Origin: an uncultured Desulfobacterales bacterium
GTDB lineage: Bacteria > Desulfobacterota > DSM-4660 > Desulfatiglandales > JALVZP01
Assembly: GCA_964567535.1 (NCBI GenBank)
Contig: CAZMNC010000125.1
Location: 32,353-96,352 of the forward strand
Direction of reading: 5' to 3'
DNA: 64,000 nucleotides
Position numbers and translations under genes: made by a program. The notes beneath the pieces were generated by a model that ran no database searches, was not told the origin of the DNA, and worked only from the letters and a program-made list of their open reading frames with translations. Positions 40,213 through 48,170 of this stretch are shown in pieces (within the stretch, counting starts at the first letter, position 1; every line of letters begins with the position of its first letter).

Positions 40213-42437
40213 CCTTTATATGGATTAGGTCCTATCTCTTCTATAGACTTCATAAAATCATCAATAATTTCTGGAATCCTCCAGTAATCTGCAATACCAA
40301 CTTCCTCAAACTTTACCCTTTCTGATTCAAGGGCAAGCCTCTCAAGAGTTTCTGAAATTTTGCTTAGTCTTGTATTTGCAAGCTCACTCCCTTTTACAAA
40401 ATGACATTGATAATCATCGCCATATCTACATCCAAGGAGAAGTATCCCATCTATCCCACGAGATAATGCATCAGCTATCCATATAAGATTCAGAGATCCC
40501 AGGCATCGTAAAGGTATAAAACGCACATATGGACTCCATTTAAATCTTTTTATGCCTGCCATATCAATAGCAGCATAAGCATCATTTTCACATACAAAAA
40601 CGATAACTCTTGGCTTTTCTTCATCTTCCTCAGGAACTTGTATCGCATTTATCATATTGCCTATTATTTGGACTGAATAGTTCTTAAAGGAAATTACCCT
40701 TTCTGGACATGCACCCATACATGTGCCACAACGCCTACATCTTGTAGGATTAAACAGAGGATTAGCCTTCTCATCTTCATTTATAGCGCCAAAAGGGCAT
40801 TCCTCTGTACATCTTTTACATTGGGTGCATCTTTGTAAATTTACCTCAGGATAACTTAAATCCCCTGACCTTGGATGAACTGCCATACCTTTCTCTGTCA
40901 TTTCTATACACTGAATAGCTTTCATTGCTGCCCCTGCTGCATCATCCATCACCCTTGCTGTCTCCATAGGCTTTCTAATACATCCTGCAGCATATATACC
41001 TGTTCTTCTTGTCTCATATGGAAAACAAATAAAATGAGAATCAGGGAATCCATATCTTAAGGTTGGAAGTTCTGGTCCTTGCCTATATTCCAAATTAAGC
41101 GTACGATTTGCATAAAAACCAGAATCGGGGGTAACCTCTATCATACCTTCATCATCAGCACCTTCTGTGCCTTCAGGGGCTTTTATTTTGGGCGTAACCT
41201 CTGGTTTTGAAGCAGGCACCATTCCAGTAGCTAAAACCAACATATCTAAATCTTCTATCCTTATCTTTTCTCCCAGAAATTCATCTTCAGCCTCAATTAT
41301 CAATTTTTCTCCTTGTTCTTCCACATTTGTAATAGTACCTCTTAAAAAGATATGACCATTTAACTGAGTCTTTTTATAAAATTCTTCTGCTTGACCTACT
41401 GTTCGCATATCCTTAAACAGGATATAACAAACAGCTTCTGGATCTTGCTCTTTTATATAAGCAGCTTGCTTAAGGGAGACTAAACAACATACAGAGGAAC
41501 AATATGGCAAATGTTCAGGGTCCCTTTGGCCTGCACATTGGATAAAAAGCACATTCTTAGGTACTTTACCATCTGATGGTCTTTTTACTCCTCCATTAGA
41601 TGCCATTTCTTCAAGTTCCCAATTGGTTATCACATTTTTAAATTTTCCATATCCAAACTTTTCAAGCTTATTTGCATCATAAGGCACCCATCCTGTTGCC
41701 TGAATTATTGCGCCCACTTTTTCACTTACAATACTATCATTAGTTTTAATACTAACTGAAAAAAGCCCAGGAGCTCCACTAATTTTTTCCACAGTTGCAG
41801 AGGTATATACTTTTATTTTAGAATTGTTATTAATCTCATCTATAAGTTCATTTAGTCCTGTATCATATAGATCCTCGTAAGGAGGAGCTATCTTTTTCTT
41901 CATCTTATTTAAAAATCCCCCTAATTTATCCTCTTTTTCCACTAAGATAGCTTGATATCCAGCCTTAGACACTTCTATTGCCGCTGTCATCCCTGCAAGC
42001 CCACCACCTACAATTAATATATCCTTTGAATACTCTTCTTCTGCTTTATAGGGTTCAGGGATATCCATATCTTTTACTTTTGCACAGCCAATTCTAATAT
42101 AATCCTCTGCAAGCATTTGAGTGTCCTCTTCCTTAGGAGGTTGACTCCATGCTACTTGCTCCCTGAGGTTTACTCTTTCTACTATTTTATCAGCTCCAAA
42201 ATTAAAAACATCTTGATTTACTCTTGGAGAACAAGCACATATTACAATGGTATTAATCTCCTCATTAGTTATATCTTGATTTATCAACTCAATCCCTTCG
42301 TGCCCACATAAAAAGGGATGCTCTTTACATATTGATATATCAAACTCTTCACCCACTAATTCTTTAATGGGCTCCACATCAATAGCATCTCCAATACCGC
42401 ATCCTGTGCAGATATAAACTCCAACCCTCTTTTCCAT
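40206..42437 (-). CDS. qmoB: Quinone-interacting membrane-bound oxidoreductase complex subunit B (HdrA-like flavoprotein with MvhD-like C-terminus)
   Basis: 743 aa. FAD-binding GGGLAGMTAA, ferredoxin motifs CTQCKRCTEECP / CRRCGTCMGACP, and a C-terminal MvhD-like domain. It sits directly after qmoA and aprBA. Confidence 0.9.
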   Translation of the reverse strand: MEKRVGVYICTGCGIGDAIDVEPIKELVGEEFDISICKEHPFLCGHEGIELINQDITNEEINTIVICACSPRVNQDVFNFGADKIVERVNLREQVAWSQPPKEEDTQMLAEDYIRIGCAKVKDMDIPEPYKAEEEYSKDILIVGGGLAGMTAAIEVSKAGYQAILVEKEDKLGGFLNKMKKKIAPPYEDLYDTGLNELIDEINNNSKIKVYTSATVEKISGAPGLFSVSIKTNDSIVSEKVGAIIQATGWVPYDANKLEKFGYGKFKNVITNWELEEMASNGGVKRPSDGKVPKNVLFIQCAGQRDPEHLPYCSSVCCLVSLKQAAYIKEQDPEAVCYILFKDMRTVGQAEEFYKKTQLNGHIFLRGTITNVEEQGEKLIIEAEDEFLGEKIRIEDLDMLVLATGMVPASKPEVTPKIKAPEGTEGADDEGMIEVTPDSGFYANRTLNLEYRQGPELPTLRYGFPDSHFICFPYETRRTGIYAAGCIRKPMETARVMDDAAGAAMKAIQCIEMTEKGMAVHPRSGDLSYPEVNLQRCTQCKRCTEECPFGAINEDEKANPLFNPTRCRRCGTCMGACPERVISFKNYSVQIIGNMINAIQVPEEDEEKPRVIVFVCENDAYAAIDMAGIKRFKWSPYVRFIPLRCLGSLNLIWIADALSRGIDGILLLGCRYGDDYQCHFVKGSELANTRLSKISETLERLALESERVKFEEVGIADYWRIPEIIDDFMKSIEEIGPNPYKGW

Positions 42438-42443
42438 TGCGCA

Positions 42444-43754
42444 TTACCTCCTGGAGATTGATTGAATAGCCTTAATGGCTGCTGCTGTGGCATCTTGAAC
42501 AGAAGTTGCCACATCTGTTGGTTTTCTTACACATCCGGCACCATATATACCACTTAATTTATTATCTCTTAATATGAAGCCAAATTTATCCTTAGGTACA
42601 TCAGGTGCCTCAATATTTATAGTGTTGGGAACCATACCTGTAGCAAGGACTACCATATCAAATATCAATTTGACCTGATTACCTGTATGTGTATCTTCTC
42701 CTTCTACAATAAGGTCCCCAGTATCTTCTTTTTCAGTAATAAATGCTATTTTACTTCTGATAAATTTTATCTTTTCATCCTCTTTAACTTTATTATAAAA
42801 ATCTTCCAATCTGTCTAATGCCCTAATATCAATGTAAAAAATAGTTACTTCTGAGTCTGGATGTTTTTCTCGTACATAAAGGGCCTGTTTCATAGATGCT
42901 AAACAACAAACCCCGGAACAATAAGGAAGATGATTCTCATCTCGTGAACCAGCACATTGAATAAATGCTATATTTTTTACCTCTTTATTGTCAGATGGCC
43001 TTAATATTCTTCCTCCCGTGGGTCCATTTGGAGATGCCAGTCTTTCCATCATTACATTAGTAACCACATTTTTATATTCGCCAAATCCATAATATTCTAT
43101 ATTTCTGGCATCATATGGTTCCCATCCTGCTGCCCATATAATAGCCCCTACCTTTAAATCAAACATCTTTTCTTTCATATCCAAATCTATTGCACCGTAT
43201 TCACAAACAGACTTACATTTTTCAGCTTCCTCTGTCCCTACAATAGAAGGATCCATCACATATCTCATGGGAAAAGCAAATTCATGAGGTAAATATATTG
43301 CCTTTATTTTGCTAAGCCCAAAATCAAAAGGATTATCTATCTCGGTCTCACATACATCTACACATTTTCCACAGCAAGTACATTTTTCATTTATATATCG
43401 TGGGGAAATTTTAACAGTCACATCATAGTTACCTTCTTCGCCTGTTATCTTTATTGGCTCAGCCATTGTAAAAAAACGAACTCTTGGATTCTGTTTCAAT
43501 CTCCTAAAATTTATCTCAAGCCCACAATTAGGGGGACAAAGCTTAGGAAAATAATGATAAAATTGGGTAACTTTTCCTCCTAAATAGGGTCTTTTCTCTA
43601 AAAGAATTACATTATAACCTGCCTCAGCAGCTTCTAATGCGGCAGTTACACCGCTCATCCCTCCACCTATTACCAATATATTCTGATTTATAGCCTCCAC
43701 GTCACCTTCCCTCCGCACGAATTTTTCATAAAGAATGGAAAATGCCCCAGGCAT
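42444..43754 (-). CDS. qmoA: Qmo complex subunit A (HdrA-like flavoprotein)
   Basis: 436 aa. FAD-binding VIGGGMSGVTAALEAAEAG and HdrA-like Cys motifs, in the canonical position downstream of aprA. Confidence 0.9.
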   Translation of the reverse strand: MPGAFSILYEKFVRREGDVEAINQNILVIGGGMSGVTAALEAAEAGYNVILLEKRPYLGGKVTQFYHYFPKLCPPNCGLEINFRRLKQNPRVRFFTMAEPIKITGEEGNYDVTVKISPRYINEKCTCCGKCVDVCETEIDNPFDFGLSKIKAIYLPHEFAFPMRYVMDPSIVGTEEAEKCKSVCEYGAIDLDMKEKMFDLKVGAIIWAAGWEPYDARNIEYYGFGEYKNVVTNVMMERLASPNGPTGGRILRPSDNKEVKNIAFIQCAGSRDENHLPYCSGVCCLASMKQALYVREKHPDSEVTIFYIDIRALDRLEDFYNKVKEDEKIKFIRSKIAFITEKEDTGDLIVEGEDTHTGNQVKLIFDMVVLATGMVPNTINIEAPDVPKDKFGFILRDNKLSGIYGAGCVRKPTDVATSVQDATAAAIKAIQSISRR

Positions 43755-43785
43755 AAAACCTGGGGCATCGGGCTATATCAACCAA

Positions 43786-45669
43786 TTATACTCCTGGCAT
43801 ATGCCATACATCCTTTTTCATCATCTCCCATTCGCCTGTATTGGGATCCCATTTGCAATTTACAAAACAATGCCAATTATCCTCATCCATTTTTGGAAAA
43901 TCTGCTCTAAAGTAGTATCCCGGCCATCTTGTCTCTTCTCTAAAGAGGACACTTCTAATATGAGCCTCTGCTTGCCACATTCTATGTATATTTTCCCAGC
44001 ATCTCATAAGTTCGTGTAAATTACGAGCAGCCAATTTCTCACTATCCTCTTTTAAGAAAACAAATAACTCTAATGCCCTATCCAACAATGGTTTACTTGT
44101 CTTAAATGCAGATGTAACACCACCCACATATTCATCCATTATTTTCTGTAGCCGATCCATAAACTGACGCCACAATATATAATTGGGATTAACAGTAGGA
44201 TCAGTTGTAAGGTCTTTAAACTGCTCAAATCTGTCTATTGGAGCAAGAACCTTTTTCTTAAGTTCTTCTATTTTAGCAGCATCAATTTTAGGTTCTTCAC
44301 CCTTTTCAATTATATATTTTATTGCAGATTTACCAGCAATTCTTCCCTCTGCATGCGAGCCTGAAGAGAATTTATGACTTGATGCACCAGATGCATCTCC
44401 TGCGGCAAATAAACCATCTACAGTGGTCATATTTGCATATCCCCATTTGTAAGGAGTTGGTATATCCTCCGGACCACTCACCCATGCACCAGATGCACCT
44501 GAATGAGATCCAATAAAATAGGGTTCACATGCTGCAATCTCTGAAGGTTTTTCTTCAGGTTTAATATTTTGAGCTGCCCATAGATGTGCCTGAGATATAG
44601 TCATATCTAAGAAATCTTCCCACGCCTCTGACTCCAATTCCTTCATCTTTTTCTTAAATGCCTTTGGATCATCCTTATACTCTTCCGCAAGCTTTGCTAT
44701 TGCTTCATGGGTTTGCATATATAAAGGCCCAAAACCTGCCTCTACATCCAGCATACCAAGGTAGTTCCTCAAATTAGCTGGTATAGGTTTTGAGAGTCCA
44801 TAAGGCGCCCAATTTTTAAGCTCTTCTTTTCTAACCGCCATATATTCCCCACCACCTGCACTAACCGCTCTTGCCTTAAACAGTAAGAACCATGCACCTA
44901 CAGGACCATAAGCATCCTTAAATCTAACAGGAATAAACCTTACTTCCTGACAAGTCATTTCACAACCTGCTTTTATAGTAAAATACGCACTTGAACCCGT
45001 ATTAAATGGTGGATACCAAGAACGACCGAAACCTTCGCCTACTGATCTTGGACGAAATACGTGAACTGCTCCACCAGCAGCAATTATAGTTGCTTTAGCT
45101 TTAAATACATAAAATTTATTTTCTCTTACACTAAAGCCCACAGCACCAAGACATTTATTTCCTTCAACTATAGGCTCGCAAATAAATACCCTTTCAAATA
45201 TCTCACCACCTGCATCTGCAATAGCATTTCTGGCAGCCTCTGCAACTATTATTTTATAAGATTCACCATTGATCATAAGCTGCCATCTACCTTCATGTAC
45301 ATATTTACCATTTTCATCTGTCCATATCCTAAGACCCCATTTCTCAAACAAATGGACAGTAGAATCTACATGACGAGCAATATTAAACACCAGATCCTCT
45401 CTGGATATGCCCATAAGATCCTGACGGACATATCTCACGTAATCCTCTGGGGTATTATCTCCATCTCTTATACCCAAATACTGATTTATTGCAGAAAGAC
45501 CCATTGCAACAGCACCGCTTCTTTCTGGAACAGCCTTATCCACCATTGTTACTTTCAAACCGTGTTTTTTTGCCCAATATGCTGCTTCTGTTGCAGCACC
45601 ACATGCTGCCATTCCTCCGCCTATTATCAGGAGGTCAGTATTGACTTCTACTGTTTCAAAATTTGCCAT
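43786..45669 (-). CDS. aprA: Adenylylsulfate (APS) reductase alpha subunit
   Basis: 627 aa. FAD-binding IIGGGMAACGAA, overall AprA similarity, and adjacency to aprB. Confidence 0.95.
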   Translation of the reverse strand: MANFETVEVNTDLLIIGGGMAACGAATEAAYWAKKHGLKVTMVDKAVPERSGAVAMGLSAINQYLGIRDGDNTPEDYVRYVRQDLMGISREDLVFNIARHVDSTVHLFEKWGLRIWTDENGKYVHEGRWQLMINGESYKIIVAEAARNAIADAGGEIFERVFICEPIVEGNKCLGAVGFSVRENKFYVFKAKATIIAAGGAVHVFRPRSVGEGFGRSWYPPFNTGSSAYFTIKAGCEMTCQEVRFIPVRFKDAYGPVGAWFLLFKARAVSAGGGEYMAVRKEELKNWAPYGLSKPIPANLRNYLGMLDVEAGFGPLYMQTHEAIAKLAEEYKDDPKAFKKKMKELESEAWEDFLDMTISQAHLWAAQNIKPEEKPSEIAACEPYFIGSHSGASGAWVSGPEDIPTPYKWGYANMTTVDGLFAAGDASGASSHKFSSGSHAEGRIAGKSAIKYIIEKGEEPKIDAAKIEELKKKVLAPIDRFEQFKDLTTDPTVNPNYILWRQFMDRLQKIMDEYVGGVTSAFKTSKPLLDRALELFVFLKEDSEKLAARNLHELMRCWENIHRMWQAEAHIRSVLFREETRWPGYYFRADFPKMDEDNWHCFVNCKWDPNTGEWEMMKKDVWHMPGV

Positions 45670-45682
45670 TTTTTACCCCTCC

Positions 45683-46126
45683 TTATGAAGATTTATAAGT
45701 TGGTACAGCATCTATTCCCAAGGATGCAGGCTCTGTTGCCAATGCTTCGCTATTAAGATCATCATGTGTTGGAAAACCACCTATTGGATCTGCAGTGCCT
45801 TCATCTGTGGTCCTGATAGGAAATTTAAATCTCTTTATTGTCCCATCTCTAAATTTTACTGTCCACATTATATCCCTTGATCCACGAAGTGGAACCACAC
45901 TTGCACCTAAAGGAATAAAATCTGCATAACCACGCACATCAATTGCCTGTTGAGGGCAAATCTTTACACAACACTGACATTCCCAGCACATAGAAGGATC
46001 ACGATTATAAGCCTTCATCTTTTCTGTATCTAATACCATAAGATCATTGGGACAGATGTACATACAAGCAGTTTTATCCTGGCCTTTGCAACCATCACAT
46101 TTTTCAGCAATCACATAACTTGGCAT
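45683..46126 (-). CDS. aprB: Adenylylsulfate (APS) reductase beta subunit
   Basis: 147 aa. MPSYVIAEKCDGCKG... start and two 4Fe-4S motifs (CMYICPNDLM, CWECQCCVKICP), which are canonical for AprB. Confidence 0.95.
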   Translation of the reverse strand: MPSYVIAEKCDGCKGQDKTACMYICPNDLMVLDTEKMKAYNRDPSMCWECQCCVKICPQQAIDVRGYADFIPLGASVVPLRGSRDIMWTVKFRDGTIKRFKFPIRTTDEGTADPIGGFPTHDDLNSEALATEPASLGIDAVPTYKSS

Positions 46127-46132
46127 CTTTTT

Positions 46133-46212
46133 ACCTCCTTTTTTATTTTTTCTTTAATTATTACCACGCCAATAATAAAATTTTACAGATTTTATCTCAC
46201 CTCCTTTTTTAT
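46133..46212 (-). repeat. 14-nt direct repeat ATAAAAAAGGAGGT (minus-strand sense) duplicated in the aprB leader
   Basis: The plus-strand sequence ACCTCCTTTTTTAT occurs at 46133-46146, where it is the aprB Shine-Dalgarno, and again at 46199-46212. The second copy is followed by no canonical start codon at normal spacing. Confidence 0.6.
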
Positions 46213-46215
46213 TAG

Positions 46216-46572
46216 TTAAATTTCTATATCTGGTGGAGGCAAATATTCAGATTCTTTTGCTGCCAGTTCTTTTATCTGGTCTGCCTTTGCCAAAACCCCT
46301 TCCAATGCATCAGAACCTATAGATTTCCTTTCTGCTATTTGATTAAAAAATTCTCTCATAAAGGCAACAGGCAAATCAGTAATAGCGCCACGAGCATCAA
46401 TCCTGGCTGTATCAAAAGTTTTTAATATTTTTTGACTTATTTCCTCTGGCACCTCCACTTCTAAACACTTAAGCTCTCCACCAAACATATGTTTTACTTT
46501 CTCTTCTATACTGCTACCTTTTATCTGCTCCATACGTTTATCATCTAAAAGTACTAATATATAATGAGCCAT
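46216..46572 (-). CDS. Hypothetical protein (118 aa) encoded between sat and aprB
   Basis: I place the start at the ATG at 46572 (MAHYILVLLDD...), which has AGGAGG 7 nt upstream. The track start at 46602 would overlap sat. I recognise no motif. Confidence 0.55.
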   Translation of the reverse strand: MAHYILVLLDDKRMEQIKGSSIEEKVKHMFGGELKCLEVEVPEEISQKILKTFDTARIDARGAITDLPVAFMREFFNQIAERKSIGSDALEGVLAKADQIKELAAKESEYLPPPDIEI

Positions 46573-46588
46573 TTTAAACCTCCTATTT

Positions 46589-47950
46589 TTATAAATCTTC
46601 AAGATCCATTTCGAGATCTCTTTCTTTGTCTCTTACATATTTTTCATTACAGAAAGGATATCCAAAATGCTTCCACCATTTTACTACAACTTTATATACT
46701 TCGGGTCTCATAATAATAGCAGGAGGCTGAACCCCTTCTGCCACCATGCCTCTTAATAAACTTCCACTTATTCCTTCCCTTTGATGAGCACAAGTTTCGC
46801 TATATGCCATCTCTTTACAGACAGGACAATATGAAAATTCTCTTATATTCTGTGGTCTTATCTGCACTCCATATGGCACATCTGTTGGAGGCTGATCAAA
46901 ACCAAAACTTGGGATGCCTTTTGTCCACAAAATCTGAGTTGCCCACATATCATAATATTCTCCAACTGCCGCATGATCTCGGCCAAACATATGATGAGTG
47001 CATCCCATATTCTGGCGTATTATAGCATGCAACAAAGATTCAAGAGGATTACCATATCTCATATCCCATAGACAAATACTGACAAGACGCCGTTCTGGTT
47101 TAATGTACCCTGCTGTACTTACTGCCTCTTGAGCTTCTACTATAGTTTCATCAGGATAATCACCCCGCCGCTTTACACCTATTATTGCATTCACAAGTAT
47201 GCCATGACATGGTTCTATATCCCCTGTATATGCAGCATTCTTCATAAGAAATTCATGTCCTACATGAGGGACATTTCTTGTCTGATGAGCAATAGCTGTC
47301 CTCCAATTTAGTTCATCAAACTTCTCCCTACATTTTCTGGGCGGAAACCAAAATCTATCAAATGGAGGACGGAATTTAGGCTCATTTATTATTGTGTATT
47401 TACCTGCAAGAACAATTGGCTGAAGGCTTCTATAAATGACCCAGCCAGGATGTTTTTTATCAAATGGATGCTTAACTACCTCTGGATTATCCTCAGGGGT
47501 ACCAAAAGTCTTATGAGCAAGCTCTTCTATATTATCTATTTCCCATACTTCTTCTATATCAAGAATGGCAAATGGTTTGCCTTTTAAAGTAAGAACTAAA
47601 CGATCTCCCCCAGTAACCCCCAACTTGTTATAGTCTTCTTTACTTATGTCAAACACTAAAGGAAACGGAAAAATCCAATCATTTAAAAGACGGCGCTCTT
47701 TAAGAATCCTTTCTACCTCAGCCTGCTTCATAGAACCTTCTACTGGACTAAAAAAGCCATAACATATAGAAATAATCTCCCTATAAACATTCCTTACAGG
47801 AACTCCTGTCTCAAAATGAAGAGTAGGCTTAATTTCATATGTAGGACAGCCTTTTATCATTTTCTTTGCCACTTCCTTGTCTTTAATAACATTCTCGACC
47901 AACCTCCCTCCATGAGGCAATGGCCTTTGAATCAGTAAACTTGACATCAT
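46589..47950 (-). CDS. sat: Sulfate adenylyltransferase (ATP sulfurylase)
   Basis: 453 aa. QTRNVPHVGHEF (QxRNxxHxxH motif) and a PUA-like N-terminal domain. AAGGAGG RBS. Confidence 0.95.
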   Translation of the reverse strand: MMSSLLIQRPLPHGGRLVENVIKDKEVAKKMIKGCPTYEIKPTLHFETGVPVRNVYREIISICYGFFSPVEGSMKQAEVERILKERRLLNDWIFPFPLVFDISKEDYNKLGVTGGDRLVLTLKGKPFAILDIEEVWEIDNIEELAHKTFGTPEDNPEVVKHPFDKKHPGWVIYRSLQPIVLAGKYTIINEPKFRPPFDRFWFPPRKCREKFDELNWRTAIAHQTRNVPHVGHEFLMKNAAYTGDIEPCHGILVNAIIGVKRRGDYPDETIVEAQEAVSTAGYIKPERRLVSICLWDMRYGNPLESLLHAIIRQNMGCTHHMFGRDHAAVGEYYDMWATQILWTKGIPSFGFDQPPTDVPYGVQIRPQNIREFSYCPVCKEMAYSETCAHQREGISGSLLRGMVAEGVQPPAIIMRPEVYKVVVKWWKHFGYPFCNEKYVRDKERDLEMDLEDL

Positions 47951-48006
47951 ACACCTCCTTCAGCAAAAAAGTTTTAGCAACCTATTGAACATTGCACTTT
48001 ATATTT

Positions 48007-48023
48007 ATGCAACATATATGCCA
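48007..48023 (-). promoter_or_regulatory. Sigma-54 (-24/-12) promoter-like element upstream of sat
   Basis: The minus strand reads TGGCAT-ATATG-TTGCAT, with a GG-to-GC offset of 12 nt as in the TGGCAC-N5-TTGCW consensus. It ends 56 nt upstream of the sat ATG at 47950. Confidence 0.6.
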
Positions 48024-48067
48024 AAAAAATATCGTTGACCAGCGAAGAAAACCTTAATAATCAATAG

Positions 48068-48083
48068 GGCAAAATTGCCATAA
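48068..48083. promoter_or_regulatory. Palindromic site GGCA-AAAT-TGCC (candidate upstream activator sequence 1)
   Basis: GGCAAAATTGCCATAA at 48068-48083 is the exact reverse complement of TTATGGCAATTTTGCC at 48134-48149. It lies about 45-60 bp upstream of the -24 element. Confidence 0.45.
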
Positions 48084-48133
48084 GCAATATTCGTTTATTA
48101 TATAAGTATTTAAAAATTAAGTTAAATTCCAAA

Positions 48134-48170
48134 TTATGGCAATTTTGCCATGCTATTAGGCATAAATGCC
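48134..48170. promoter_or_regulatory. Two further GGCA-N4-TGCC palindromes (candidate UAS 2 and 3), centres 21 bp apart
   Basis: GGCAATTTTGCC lies at 48138-48149 and GGCATAAATGCC at 48159-48170. The latter overlaps the last codons of the activator gene. A 21-bp centre spacing equals two helical turns. Confidence 0.45.

Noticed and set aside
45061-45756. 231-aa plus-strand ORF
   Set aside because: It lies entirely antisense to aprA/aprB. The translation is a low-complexity Cys/Ser/Phe/Tyr-rich string typical of the reverse frame of an AT-rich gene. aprA on the other strand has unambiguous family motifs.
48138-48149. TGGCA...TGCCA considered as a further sigma-54 promoter
   Set aside because: The GG-to-GC offset is 9 nt rather than the required 12. 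It is better explained as a palindromic protein-binding site.
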